A DNA stretch of 63,874 bases, the filler included, from Stramenopiles sp. TOSAG23-2 (lineage: Eukaryota), in assembly GCA_900128395.1 (NCBI GenBank). It is 7 parts of 7 records of this genome, joined end to end, with 100 filler letters (N's around TTAATTAATTAA, not from the genome) between each part and the next. Parts side by side here need not be neighbours in the genome. Positions count along the whole stretch, not along the records: positions 45,763 to 54,771 come from LT650133.1; positions 54,872 to 63,874 come from LT650134.1; 5 more parts are not named here. One strand, written 5' to 3'. The notes below the pieces were generated by a model. It did not search any database, was not told the DNA's origin, and saw only the letters and a list, made by a program, of their open reading frames with translations. Each line of letters begins with the position of its first letter. The first letter of the stretch is position 1. Positions 51,212-62,313 of the stretch are shown here, piece by piece. The position numbers and the translations under genes are program-made.

Positions 51212-52867
51212 TCAAACACCAACGACGGGACCTCTATTTTTATTAAATAACAATGACACTTTTTTACGCTTTTCTTCTTCTTTACTATCATTATATTCAC
51301 CACCTTTGCCTTCTTTCACACGATCATCATTCATTTTACTACTACTACTACTATTACTAGTACGTCCTAATTTATATGCACCACCTGCATCTAATAATTC
51401 ATATGCTTCAATTAAATCACATATTTTATCATTTGCTGCAACAAATTTTTCTTCTTCCATAAATTTTGTATAATGGTGTACATGTGCTTTACGTTTATAG
51501 GAACGATAAAAATCTTTCTGTATACCACGAAATGTATCTGCAATTGCACAATTATTTGCTAAACATAATGCAGATGGTGCAGATGGATTCATAATCGATG
51601 CAGTGGAACACATACCAGTTTTAAATCCATCTAAATTCCATGGTGCCATTTTTATTTTACTTTTAATATGTTCAATATTATTTTGCATCCCGGAAACGGA
51701 AATATTTGGTCCACGTACTATAACGGCACATGCTAAATACATATGCATACGTGGATCAGCACATATAAGTTGTGTTTTTCGCGAAAATGAATCACGAAAT
51801 ACACGATCTAAACTTTTATTATTTGCTACATTATTATTTTTTTTACGTATTCTATTTTTATTATTTCTATTGTTGTTATTATTATTATGACGGAAACCAC
51901 CACCACCATAATGATCATTAAATGTTGCAACAACTGGGCTTAAACTGGGCATTAAAAAATGTAATCCAGGAAATGGTACTAAATTTGTTGTAATTTCATT
52001 TAAATCAACATTTAATGAACCAGGAAATCTCATACTACATGTTAAATTAGTCAATACATGTGCAGCAATAGTATTCATTGCATCAAATCCATCCCCAGCT
52101 TTTTGTTTATTATTACGATTATTATTATCACTTAAAGTTGATGTAACTACTTTACCACCACCTAATTGTGCACCACGTTTTTTCATCGTACCAGCTTCTT
52201 CACATATATCTATTAATGCTTGATTTTCAATTGGTAATACACAATCAGCATGATTTGCTAATTCATTTAAACTTAACATACTATTATATGGAGATGTAAT
52301 GACATCATCATTACGTGATGGTATGACTGCAGTAGTAAAACGATAGACGTCTTGAAAATCATCTTCTAACATGTTTAATATATATGTACCTAAACCACTA
52401 CCTGTACCACCACCTAATGAATGTATAAAGAAAAACGATTGCAAACTATCGCATAGTTCCGTTGCTTGCCTGACTGCATTGTAAATTTTATCATGATATT
52501 TGGGACCATAAACACAATGTCCATGTGCCCAATTATTTCCACTACCAGATACATCTTTAATTAATTGCCTTCCATCAAATAATTCACCTAAAGGTCCATT
52601 TAATGTTTCATTTAATACACCTTCCTCCATATCAACTAATACAGCACGTGCACGCAACCATTCTAACGGTGTATCGCCTCTGCCCAGTGGTATTTCCAAA
52701 GCATCTTCGCCTCTTGTCGATACATGTCGAAAAAAAGAAGACATAGATTCATCATATACATTATTAGTTGAATATGCAGCATGTTCTGATAATGCCATAT
52801 CCCAAAAACGACAACCTAATTGATTTCCTGCTTGTCCAATTTGTATGGTAATTAATTCACGTGGCAT
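51212..52867 (-). CDS. TUBE1: Epsilon-tubulin
   Basis: MPRELITIQIGQAGNQLGCRFW, RAVLVDMEEGV, DVSGSGNNWA, GGGTGSGLGT, DDVITSPYNS, SMRFPGSLNVDLNEI. Confidence 0.95.
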   Translation of the reverse strand: MPRELITIQIGQAGNQLGCRFWDMALSEHAAYSTNNVYDESMSSFFRHVSTRGEDALEIPLGRGDTPLEWLRARAVLVDMEEGVLNETLNGPLGELFDGRQLIKDVSGSGNNWAHGHCVYGPKYHDKIYNAVRQATELCDSLQSFFFIHSLGGGTGSGLGTYILNMLEDDFQDVYRFTTAVIPSRNDDVITSPYNSMLSLNELANHADCVLPIENQALIDICEEAGTMKKRGAQLGGGKVVTSTLSDNNNRNNKQKAGDGFDAMNTIAAHVLTNLTCSMRFPGSLNVDLNEITTNLVPFPGLHFLMPSLSPVVATFNDHYGGGGFRHNNNNNNRNNKNRIRKKNNNVANNKSLDRVFRDSFSRKTQLICADPRMHMYLACAVIVRGPNISVSGMQNNIEHIKSKIKMAPWNLDGFKTGMCSTASIMNPSAPSALCLANNCAIADTFRGIQKDFYRSYKRKAHVHHYTKFMEEEKFVAANDKICDLIEAYELLDAGGAYKLGRTSNSSSSSKMNDDRVKEGKGGEYNDSKEEEKRKKVSLLFNKNRGPVVGV

Positions 52868-53055
52868 GTTACTTATTATTTCTCTATTTGTCGTTTATTG
52901 TTATTATTCTTATTATTTGTTATTTATACAATTAAATCACATATTTTATCATTTGCTGCAACAAATTTTTCTTCATTAATTCACGTGGCATGTTACTTAT
53001 TATTTCTCTATTTGTCGTTTATTGTTATTATTCTTATTATTTGTTATTTATACAA
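52851..53055. repeat. Duplicated tubulin 5' end with a 46-bp insert copied from the gene's 3' region
   Basis: 52851-52931 is repeated at 52975-53055; 52929-52974 equals 51409-51454. Confidence 0.9.
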
Positions 53056-53347
53056 ATGAGATAATTGATAATTTAATTTAATGAAAAAGAAATATATATA
53101 TACTCGTATATATATATATAAGTTACTTTTTCTTCTGATGTATTTACCACACTTCGTCGATCTATTTTAATTTGTAATTTGATTTTGATTGTTTATTAAG
53201 AAATTAATTTATTTGTTGTTGTTGTAGTTGTGCCGTTGTGCCTACTGTAATGATGTTAATGTGCTAATTTGAATTTTACACTGGCACACCATTATTATAA
53301 TAAAAAAAAATATTTTTTTTAGGGAAAAACTCACACACTAATTAGAC

Positions 53348-54540
53348 CTATCCACCACGTCCACCAAAATAAATATCTTGGTTTGGACTACCGTTGTCGT
53401 ACATATTGTATTTCATATTGATGTAACATCTCTTATCGTTTTGCCAGTTGCATTCACCAATCCATTTATTCGTCATCCAATCGTTTTTATCGCATTGTTT
53501 CCAACTGGCACCCCAACATACAAAGGCCCATATATATTTTTGGTCTGTTTTTACCATGTGTTTCAAACATTTATTATTCGATCCCTTTACCCAATTTCTT
53601 ATATTTTCATTTACAGGCAACGTAATCATTCCTAAGGTTTTATTCTTTAACAAAGTTGTTGGGGGTATCTGGGGTATTTTAACCTTTGTATTGTGTAAAA
53701 ATATACATGTTACGCTCACTTCTTTCGGCAAAGTTCCTCTTACCCCAGTGTTATTTGCCAGCGAAACATACTTTAGTTTTGGAAAGTCTTTGATAAAATC
53801 AAAATTATCTAATGTAATATCATTATAAGAAAGTGATAAAACTTCAATTTTCTTCATATTTTTGATAATATTCATAGGTTCCGGTCCATGTAAATCACAG
53901 TTATGTAAACTTAAATGTTTCATTTTTGTCAACCTTTTCCATGATTGTGGAATTTCATTTGTAAGGTCACTATTTTTAAAATTCAATCTTCAAATTTGAC
54001 AACGATTTAAACTATCAAACAATTGGTTGCCTGGGTTTGATTTGAAACACTTCCGTCACATATTACATCAGCATTTGAGCATGTTACAAGAATTGAAATA
54101 AATAATTCTAAAACAGCATTGGAAGCAATGCAATCTGCGTTAGTAAAGGTGCAAAAGATTTTAGGGCATCATACTTCTGGAACAACTTTGTATTACATAG
54201 ATCCAAGAATTATTTATATATTATCAGTATCCAAGATTTCTTGGTATCCAAATACCACTTCCATGCCTCCTTATCTAAATTTCTAACATTACTTTTCAAT
54301 AACCATAGACCAATGAATAATGATATTAGATTGATGTTGATCATTGGATTAGAATAAGCAAATACTGGATATTTATTGTTCAACGATCAATGAAGTATTT
54401 TTACCATTTACTTCTTGTTTAGTCCATGTAACAATTGATAATTTTAAAGTATTAACAAAATTAACAATCAGAGAATGTTACTGTGGGCATAGTAGGCGCT
54501 ATAATATATTAACATATGAATAGCACTAATAAAATATCAT
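53348..54540 (-). pseudogene. Leucine-rich-repeat (plant RLP-type) pseudogene
   Basis: LTNEIPQSWKRLTKMKHLSLHNCDLHG, IEVLSLSYNDIT, LKYVSLANNTGVRGTLP. The track ORF begins at TTG; the coding-like sequence upstream has stops and frameshifts. Confidence 0.6.
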
Positions 54541-54771
54541 TTTGATGTATTTTTGTTGTGTCCAATCCTCAATCGCCAGCTGGCCAGGCAATCATTGGCA
54601 ATCCAGCAATGCACAAATTAAAATCACTATAAAAAGAATCATAAAAATCATGCATACCATACCACCAGTGGTAGACGACTATACACTAGTCAAATAATAG
54701 CATATATATACATAATATATACATATTTATATTTATATTTATACCAACGCATCATGGCAAATATTATATTT

Positions 54772-54871
54772 NNNNNNNNNNNNNNNNNNNNNNNNNNNNN
54801 NNNNNNNNNNNNNNNTTAATTAATTAANNNNNNNNNNNNNNNNNNNNNNNNNNNNNNNNNNNNNNNNNNNN
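54772..54871. other. Artificial contig linker
   Basis: N-run + TTAATTAATTAA + N-run. Confidence 0.98.
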
Positions 54872-55335
54872 TGATATTGAACAAATGAAATATATGCAAA
54901 TGGAATTTCAAATTGTATCCATGGAAGAATAATATACATCTGTATATGATACTGTTGATTCATATTCGATAATAGTAGCTATACTACGAGTAATAGAACT
55001 ATTCCTATTTGATCAAAACAAACATCCACCAAGGTAAGGTTTTAAGGTGCGTCTCGCTAAAACTAATAAAAAACTCCTTTTTACAGGTTACAGGTAGCTC
55101 TAGGACCTAGATTAAGGTAGCTCTACTATTATAAACAAAGTATAATAAAAGCCAGAAAGCAATAACAAATAATACGACGTGAAACAAAACAACTTCAACA
55201 CTTCTTCTTCAAAAATCAATAAATAAAAAATAAATAGAAAATATTATTAGTCTACATGAGTCCAATGAGGAAAAGTATGTATATATAGTAGACCTCTTGG
55301 AAAGATAGATAGAGAAAGAATAGACATCATACCAA

Positions 55336-56478
55336 ATGTTTGGTGCACATAGATCGTTTGAGAAAACGATGGGACATATATTCCCATCAGCGGTGGAGAA
55401 TCGTCAACAAGAACAAACCATTGGAACGATAATACGTAAAAAAATATTTAGTGCATATAATAAACTGAAAGACGCTTTTATTGCATTTGATTTAAATAAT
55501 GATGGTTATGTAAGTAAAGAAGAATTTATTTCTGGTATTACTACATTGGTTGGAAACAAAATTATCATAACAGATGAGGATATAAACAACCTATTTCAAT
55601 TATTTTCAGATGTTGGAAATAACGTAACAAATAAAATCCAATATTTTCAATTTTGTATTGTTTTACAAAAATTAAGTGATAATAATATTCAACGACAACA
55701 ACTATTAACTCCAGTTTTAGTATCTAATAGTAATAAGAATAATAATAACGATAATAATTCAAGTCCATATTTAGTGTATAATAATAATTCGCCAATAGAA
55801 CAAAGTCCTTCGTCAAATAATTATATGAGTCCTATTAGTACAAGTGATTTATATACATCCTTCGATTCAACATCTACTATTGATCTGTATACAAATGATA
55901 AGGATAAAAATATGTTAATGTTTGATACTTTTGTTGACGATAATAAGAATTGGAATAAGAATGATACAACGTTATCATCAACAATGTCTTATTATGATGG
56001 TAATAATTATAACAATGATGATGAATTTGATAATAATTTTAATACTATAATAAATACAAACGATACGTTAGATACTAATAATTTCAGAAATGAGTTTGAT
56101 ATTAGTTATTCTGAAAGTTTATCGTATGTAGAAATGCCTATACCAGATATTATGGTAAGGATTGCTGATTTTGTTTTTTCTACTTCAAAAAAATTACGAG
56201 AAATTTTTAAATCATTTGATCTAAATAATGATGGTTATATAAGTAAAACAGAATTAATTAATGGACTTGCATCCATTGGCATCGATATAAACATGAGTCA
56301 AGCTGTGGACCTAATTAATGAATATTCTACAGAAAGTGTAGCTAATAATATGTACAAGGTATATGAAAATACTGGAAAGTTAAAGTATTATCAATTTTGC
56401 AATTTATTGACTGATAGTAAAAATACATTATCAAACCGCTTAACGATGTTACAACGTGATGATGGAACAATCTTTTAG
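55336..56478 (+). CDS. EF-hand calcium-binding protein with two separated lobes
   Basis: AFIAFDLNNDGYVSKEEF and IFKSFDLNNDGYISKTEL, each followed by a degenerate partner (KIQYFQFC / KLKYYQFC). Confidence 0.85.
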   Translation: MFGAHRSFEKTMGHIFPSAVENRQQEQTIGTIIRKKIFSAYNKLKDAFIAFDLNNDGYVSKEEFISGITTLVGNKIIITDEDINNLFQLFSDVGNNVTNKIQYFQFCIVLQKLSDNNIQRQQLLTPVLVSNSNKNNNNDNNSSPYLVYNNNSPIEQSPSSNNYMSPISTSDLYTSFDSTSTIDLYTNDKDKNMLMFDTFVDDNKNWNKNDTTLSSTMSYYDGNNYNNDDEFDNNFNTIINTNDTLDTNNFRNEFDISYSESLSYVEMPIPDIMVRIADFVFSTSKKLREIFKSFDLNNDGYISKTELINGLASIGIDINMSQAVDLINEYSTESVANNMYKVYENTGKLKYYQFCNLLTDSKNTLSNRLTMLQRDDGTIF

Positions 56479-56554
56479 ATATAAATATGATATGTGCATT
56501 TGGCAAGTCGTATGATGAGTTGTACCCAGCCTTAGGCCAGCACTCCAATTAATT

Positions 56555-56720
56555 CTCGGCCTTCCTATGATACCGATTTTTCATCAACTGCAAGTTGATT
56601 ACTATCTATTTACCTTCATTGGTATTCTCTTTTATTGAGAATATCAACACCCTATTATATAGTGTGAGAATAGATATTATTGCCTCAGTGTTATTGTATT
56701 ATTTTTGGAAGAGTAAGAGA
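56555..56720 (+). repeat. Dispersed repeat family A copy (A2 flank)
   Basis: TTTTTCATCAACTGCAAGTTGAT..CCTTCATTGGTATTCTC..ATATCAACACCCTA..GTGTGAGA plus the core. Confidence 0.85.
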
Positions 56721-56857
56721 AGTACATGTATTTTTACGAACAGTGTGTATTTTTTAAATCCCGGTATAAAAAAATAAGAAAATATCATATATAAATACGT
56801 GTGTCATTGTTTTTAAAATTAGAGAGAAAGAGTGTATAATATACGTGTGCAAATTTT

Positions 56858-57889
56858 TTATTTTTTATTTTTATTCAAATCATACACTACATCTCTTGTA
56901 ACACGTCTCATTGGATGAATTTTTGCATCTTCACCTACTACTGCTTCTGGGATTTCAACAAGTGCATTTCCTAATTGGGCCAATTTTTTGTTTCGAAATA
57001 ATCCTCCCATAGTTCCTTTATTCTCATTGTCTTTTTCCATAACATGTGCAGGGACACCACCAGCAAACGTTCCCAAAGTACCATATGAAAACAATCCCAA
57101 TCTTGCCTTTACCTTATCAGATGCTTCATTGAAAACCTCTTTTAATGTTGTAATTCCCCAATTTTCTTGTTGTCGCATCCAAGGTAAGCAAAAGTTTGTA
57201 TCAATGACACGTCTTGGTTCACCATTTGTATTGACACCAGCACCGTGCCACACACGCCCATCCCACACGAAACAAGTTCCGGCTGGAGCAGCTAATCTTG
57301 CAACAAGATCTCGAGATGGTGCTTTTATTTGAAATTCAGCTGGCCAGCGATGAGAACCTGGTACCACGTGTGTTCCACCATTTTCCTCTTTAAAATCATC
57401 CAACATCCAAAACATATTGCATACCGCTGGGAAATCAGCCGTAGCTGGTACAAATCCTTGATCACGATGTAATATTTGTGGTGTTAAGGATTGTCCATTG
57501 TAGTAATGCCCAGTTAAAGATGACAATAAAAAATTTCGACCTAAGACATATGAGCATAATTCATCAACTACAGGGTGTTCAATTAATTCCAAGAAGACTT
57601 GTCCTTTGTTTGTCATGTTACCCATCACATTCTTGCCTTTCGTTTTAATATTAAATGCTTCTCTTTCCGCTTTAGCTTGTCGATCAAATTTTTTTCTTAA
57701 ACGCTCCAATAACTCTGGATTCAATGCATTTTCAAGTAAGCACATTCCATACTCAGACAAATCGCGTTTAGCTTGTTCAATATCACTAGTTATTTCTGGT
57801 AGTGGTAAAACAGTTGGATTGTTGAATGGTTGTGATGGGACATATTTAGTTTGACGATGTGCAGCTGGTTTTAAATTCACACGTGACAT
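56858..57889 (-). CDS. Phytanoyl-CoA dioxygenase (PhyH) family 2OG-Fe(II) oxygenase
   Basis: QILHRDQ (HxD), NGGTHVVPGSH, WDGRVWHGAG, PWMRQQEN. Confidence 0.88.
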   Translation of the reverse strand: MSRVNLKPAAHRQTKYVPSQPFNNPTVLPLPEITSDIEQAKRDLSEYGMCLLENALNPELLERLRKKFDRQAKAEREAFNIKTKGKNVMGNMTNKGQVFLELIEHPVVDELCSYVLGRNFLLSSLTGHYYNGQSLTPQILHRDQGFVPATADFPAVCNMFWMLDDFKEENGGTHVVPGSHRWPAEFQIKAPSRDLVARLAAPAGTCFVWDGRVWHGAGVNTNGEPRRVIDTNFCLPWMRQQENWGITTLKEVFNEASDKVKARLGLFSYGTLGTFAGGVPAHVMEKDNENKGTMGGLFRNKKLAQLGNALVEIPEAVVGEDAKIHPMRRVTRDVVYDLNKNKK

Positions 57890-58407
57890 CTTGAGTGTGC
57901 AAATTCTTCTTCTTAATTTCTTCTTTTACTAATAATTATGTTATGCTACTATTATACTACTCTGTATTATTCAAAAGTGAAAATTTGTCTAGATAATGTA
58001 ATGTTGTGTTTTAGCCGTCTTCTATACTACTATATATAGTATATATTGTTGTGTATATGATTTACTTTTACTCCTCTATCCACTACTAGTATAATACTAC
58101 TATACATATTTTGTTCAGTACTTTGTGCCTTTTATTTAATTACATCACCAGGTACAGGCATAGACTAAGCGACAGGTAAGCCAGTAAGCAGGTAAGACGG
58201 ATAAAATAATATTAATAGAGCTAATATTAGCCTCGCCGCTTTGTGCAATTATTTTGCACCAAAATAAATAAAAAGAATCTTTTTGATTGCACACACTTAC
58301 ACTACATATTATTCCAAAAGATACGAATTTAAAATAAATAACAAAAAGCATGCTATACGTAGATACGACATTCATATCATACCACGCAACAAATATAATA
58401 TACCGTA

Positions 58408-60099
58408 ATGAATAAAATGCATGATAGTAAGGGAAAAAAATATAATGTTATTATTTATAATCCAGATGAATTTCGTGGAGATGCTTTAAATAATACTTTA
58501 TTGCACCCTAATTCAAAGATCAAAACAGTAACGCCAAATTTTGATAAATTAGCAAGTGAAGGCGTGACTTTTAAAAATTGCCATACCGCGCATACAGTAT
58601 GTACACAAAGTAGAACGTCGTTTATGACAGGTTGGTATACACATGTATATGGAAAACGAACATTATGGAATATGCTTGATGAGAATGAACCAAATTTATT
58701 AAAAAGTTTTTTACGTGAGGGATATAATGTGCAATGGTGGGGAAAGAATGACTTACTGGCACCAAATGCATTTCCTGTCTCCGTAACAAACGCTACATCA
58801 AACGGTTCTGCGATGAAAAATATGAAACCATTGTTCAATTTTGATACGGATCCAGGTAAATATATGTCCTTCTTATTTCAAACACAAGGAGATGAAATGA
58901 AACATCAAACATCTGATTATCAAAATGTTCAAGCAGCATGTAACTTTTTAAAAACTCATCGTCGCAATAATAAGAACAACAATGGTAATGATATTGATGA
59001 TGCAACGAAACCTTTTTTATTATATTTGCCTTTATTTTATCCACATCCTCCTTACACATGCCCGGAACCATTTTATAGTATGTTTGATAAAGATAAAGAT
59101 ATTGCTCCATTGCGAAAGTTAAAAGAATGTAGAAACAAACCTGATTTTTACCATTTAATTAGAAAATATCGATACTTAGAAGAAATTGAAGATGAAGATG
59201 AATTGTTAAAACAAATACGATCGGTGTACTTAGGTGCATGTGCATATAGTGATTATTGTTTTGGGGAATTAATGAAAGGATTAAAAGAAAGTGGCCATGA
59301 AGATGATACAATTGTAGTAGTCTTTTCTGATCATGGTGATTGGGCTGGTGATTATGGTTTAGTAGAGAAATGGCCAAGTGGTCTAGACAATGTCTTGACA
59401 CATGTACCACTTATTGTTAAAACACCTCCAGGATGCACATCTTTCCAGGCAAAAGGTCATGTTGTCGAAGAGTTAGTTCAATTGTTTGATATTGTACCAA
59501 CCTTATATGAATTAAATAGTATTGATAATGAAGCATCGCAATATGTGCATTTTGGAAAAAGTTTATCGGCTCAATTAAATGGTAACTCTGGAGATTTGCA
59601 ACGACATATATATGCAGAAGGTGGCTTTAGCACAAATGAACCAAAAACGTTTGAAGGCCAAAGTTTGCCTCCAGAGCATCCATTATATTTTAACCATATA
59701 GGTGGAAATAAGACAAATATCTATGGTCCAAAAGGACAACAACAACAGGATAATCCATTATCTGTTTGTCGTGCAGTTATGGTTAGAAATTTGAAATACA
59801 AATTAGTCTTGCGTTCCGATCCTTCTTTGATTAATAACGATGGTAGCACAATAAATCATAGTTGTGAACTTTATGATTATCGTAATGATCCGTTTGAATT
59901 AAAAAATATTTATGGTGATAAAGATTATCGAGATGTGCAAAATCAATTAGAAAAACATTTATTGACATGGTTTTTAAATACAAGTGATGTGACGAAAGGT
60001 AATGAAGATCCACGTCAATTACCATATGCTGCAAAGGCATTGGAAAAACGACGTTTGAAACTAATTGAAAAAAGGGCACGTGTTACTAGTCGTTTGTGA
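58408..60099 (+). CDS. Formylglycine-type sulfatase (choline-sulfatase-like)
   Basis: NVIIYNPDEFRGD, VCTQSRTSFMTG, PHPPY, SDHGDWAGDYGLVEK, VPLIV, ELYDYRNDPFELKN. Confidence 0.9.
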   Translation: MNKMHDSKGKKYNVIIYNPDEFRGDALNNTLLHPNSKIKTVTPNFDKLASEGVTFKNCHTAHTVCTQSRTSFMTGWYTHVYGKRTLWNMLDENEPNLLKSFLREGYNVQWWGKNDLLAPNAFPVSVTNATSNGSAMKNMKPLFNFDTDPGKYMSFLFQTQGDEMKHQTSDYQNVQAACNFLKTHRRNNKNNNGNDIDDATKPFLLYLPLFYPHPPYTCPEPFYSMFDKDKDIAPLRKLKECRNKPDFYHLIRKYRYLEEIEDEDELLKQIRSVYLGACAYSDYCFGELMKGLKESGHEDDTIVVVFSDHGDWAGDYGLVEKWPSGLDNVLTHVPLIVKTPPGCTSFQAKGHVVEELVQLFDIVPTLYELNSIDNEASQYVHFGKSLSAQLNGNSGDLQRHIYAEGGFSTNEPKTFEGQSLPPEHPLYFNHIGGNKTNIYGPKGQQQQDNPLSVCRAVMVRNLKYKLVLRSDPSLINNDGSTINHSCELYDYRNDPFELKNIYGDKDYRDVQNQLEKHLLTWFLNTSDVTKGNEDPRQLPYAAKALEKRRLKLIEKRARVTSRL

Positions 60100-60309
60100 A
60101 TAAATAAAAATGTACGAAGTTCATATACTCCCTCTGTAAGATATATATATGATGTGAGTAAAAGAATTCTATATAACATACGTATGAGTAAGAGAAAAAC
60201 ACATATATTATATATCATATGATGCCTGTAAGATTAAATAAAAAAATATAATATTTTTTTTAAAATTTACTCGCGTATGTATAATTTATTTTTTAAAATT
60301 TTATACACT

Positions 60310-60625
60310 TCATGATAATATTCTTACTCTTCAAAAGAATTTATACACAAGATAACTGTGGCAACAATTATCTATCTCTGCACACCAGGGTGTAGATATT
60401 CTCATAAAAGAGAATATAGGCGTAATACCAATATTGAAGGTCAATACGATGTAGATGGTATCAACTTGCAGTGTTGATGAAAAACAGATATCATATACTT
60501 CGTCAAGGAAGGCGGAGTATAAATTGTACGACTTCGTACGATATTTTTTTTCAATTTACTCCCATGAAAATTCTTACTCTTCAAAAGAATACAAATAACT
60601 GAGGCAATAATATATCTATCTATCT
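60310..60625 (-). repeat. Two tandem reverse-strand family A copies
   Basis: TTCTTACTCTTCAAAAGAAT at 60321 and 60571. 60380-60515 is the reverse complement of the A2 flank. Confidence 0.85.
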
Positions 60626-60746
60626 AGATCTATTAAAAATATATTCTCTCCATATAATGCATAATATGATATGATATATGTGATGTACATATACAGTATT
60701 ATCATATTTTATAGCACTAAACATATCACAGAATATATAAATCATA

Positions 60747-61487
60747 TCATATCATACTCTGTGCATACTTTTCATTTCGCTGTTCTTGTCTTAATTTTCT
60801 TTCCTTACTTTCTCTTTCTCTTTGTTTTCTATCTTCTTTCCTTTGTTCACTTTGTTGCATTAATTGCCATTCTCGTCTCTTTTCTTTTTCAACTTGTTCT
60901 CGTTGCATACGTTCATAATTTTCCCGATCTTCACGTTCTTTTTTTCTTCTTGCCCATGCTTCTTTCATTTGTTCTGCCTTTTTCTTTTGCATATCTTCTT
61001 TATCTCGTTGTGCTTCCTCCCGTCGTTTTGCCAAGACTTCTTTTTCATATTGAACTTTTTTCACTGCTTCTTCTGCATCGTTGACTCTCCTTTCTTGGCT
61101 TGTATTTTGCAAATACTTTCTCTCATGCTTGAAAAATGTATTTGCATTTGAATATGCACTACGTGTATCTTTCAATCTTTGTGAACGACGTTTCTCTTCT
61201 TCCAATATATGTTGCTGCAAATACTCTAATTCTTTCATAAATTTTTGCTCTTCTTTCTTTCGTCTTCTTTCCATGGCTTTTTGCAACAATCGAGCATGTC
61301 GAAACGGATTTGAATATATTTTATTATCATCAAGCTTTTGCATACTTTTGCTTTTTTTTCTCATTCCTTTTCTTTTTTTTTTTGATTGTTTCATTCTATT
61401 GTTATTATTATTTCTCGTATGATTGTTCAATGTTGTTGTCTTACTTTTGTTTTTATTATATGTACGAATGCTTTTCCTAACAACCAT
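60747..61487 (-). CDS. K/E/R-rich coiled-coil protein
   Basis: 246-aa ATG ORF, charged helix; no family recognised. Confidence 0.65.
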   Translation of the reverse strand: MVVRKSIRTYNKNKSKTTTLNNHTRNNNNNRMKQSKKKRKGMRKKSKSMQKLDDNKIYSNPFRHARLLQKAMERRRKKEEQKFMKELEYLQQHILEEEKRRSQRLKDTRSAYSNANTFFKHERKYLQNTSQERRVNDAEEAVKKVQYEKEVLAKRREEAQRDKEDMQKKKAEQMKEAWARRKKEREDRENYERMQREQVEKEKRREWQLMQQSEQRKEDRKQRERESKERKLRQEQRNEKYAQSMI

Positions 61488-62313
61488 TGATATTGGTGAT
61501 TGTGGTTCAATTTTATGGTTGTTATTATTATCATTGGTGGTGGTATTAGAATTTGTATATCATACAAATGCCTAACTATTTAATAATTATGTGAACAGAA
61601 TAACTTGTAATTTTTTTTTATTGTTATTTGATAGAATGATTATATTCCATATTTGACAAAAGTAATAATGTTTTTTAAATTATATATTACTAAAAGTGCA
61701 AAACATATGCTACATTATATTAATATAATAAATGTGTACTGATGTGCTCTCTTCTTATACTTTTAACAGTATTATTTCTTCTCTCAAAATTATACCGTAC
61801 TTGGTATATATACAAATACCTTAAATATCGGATACGATTTTAGATGCTGGATGATGCGATCCCTTATAGATTGCACCATTCCGGCATTCAAACCTCGTAG
61901 ACGACTGTGATAGGCACATACGAGGAGGGCTGTTTTCAAAATGTTATTTATATTACTTTTTAACATTTTACCTTTACCTTGCCTTATGCCCGCTTGTGGT
62001 ATTTTCTGTAAAACCAGAGAGGAGATTAAACCCAGCCATTATTATTATTACGGTAGTGTACAATACCTGATATAGTAATACAGGTACACTACTACTACAG
62101 GTAATATATTAATACCAGCAGGACTAGAACAATATATACTTTATGCCATTTGCAGCTTTATTATATTTCAACGTTTTTTATTTTAATAAGAACAATATGA
62201 AATTAAGCTGTCATAACACATTTTTATAAAAGGAACACCACTTTTGTAAATGTAAAACACAAATAAAGAACATATGTAAAGAAATATATGGTTAATGTCA
62301 CTGTATTATAACA

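Noticed and set aside
9069-54871. Regular ~9.1-kb spacing of TTAATTAATTAA within N-runs
   Set aside because: Artificial stop-codon linkers joining size-sorted contigs. ORFs ending in ...XXXLIN and any cross-linker synteny are artefacts.
54873-54932. Possible last 19 codons of a gene at a contig start
   Set aside because: Too short to identify.
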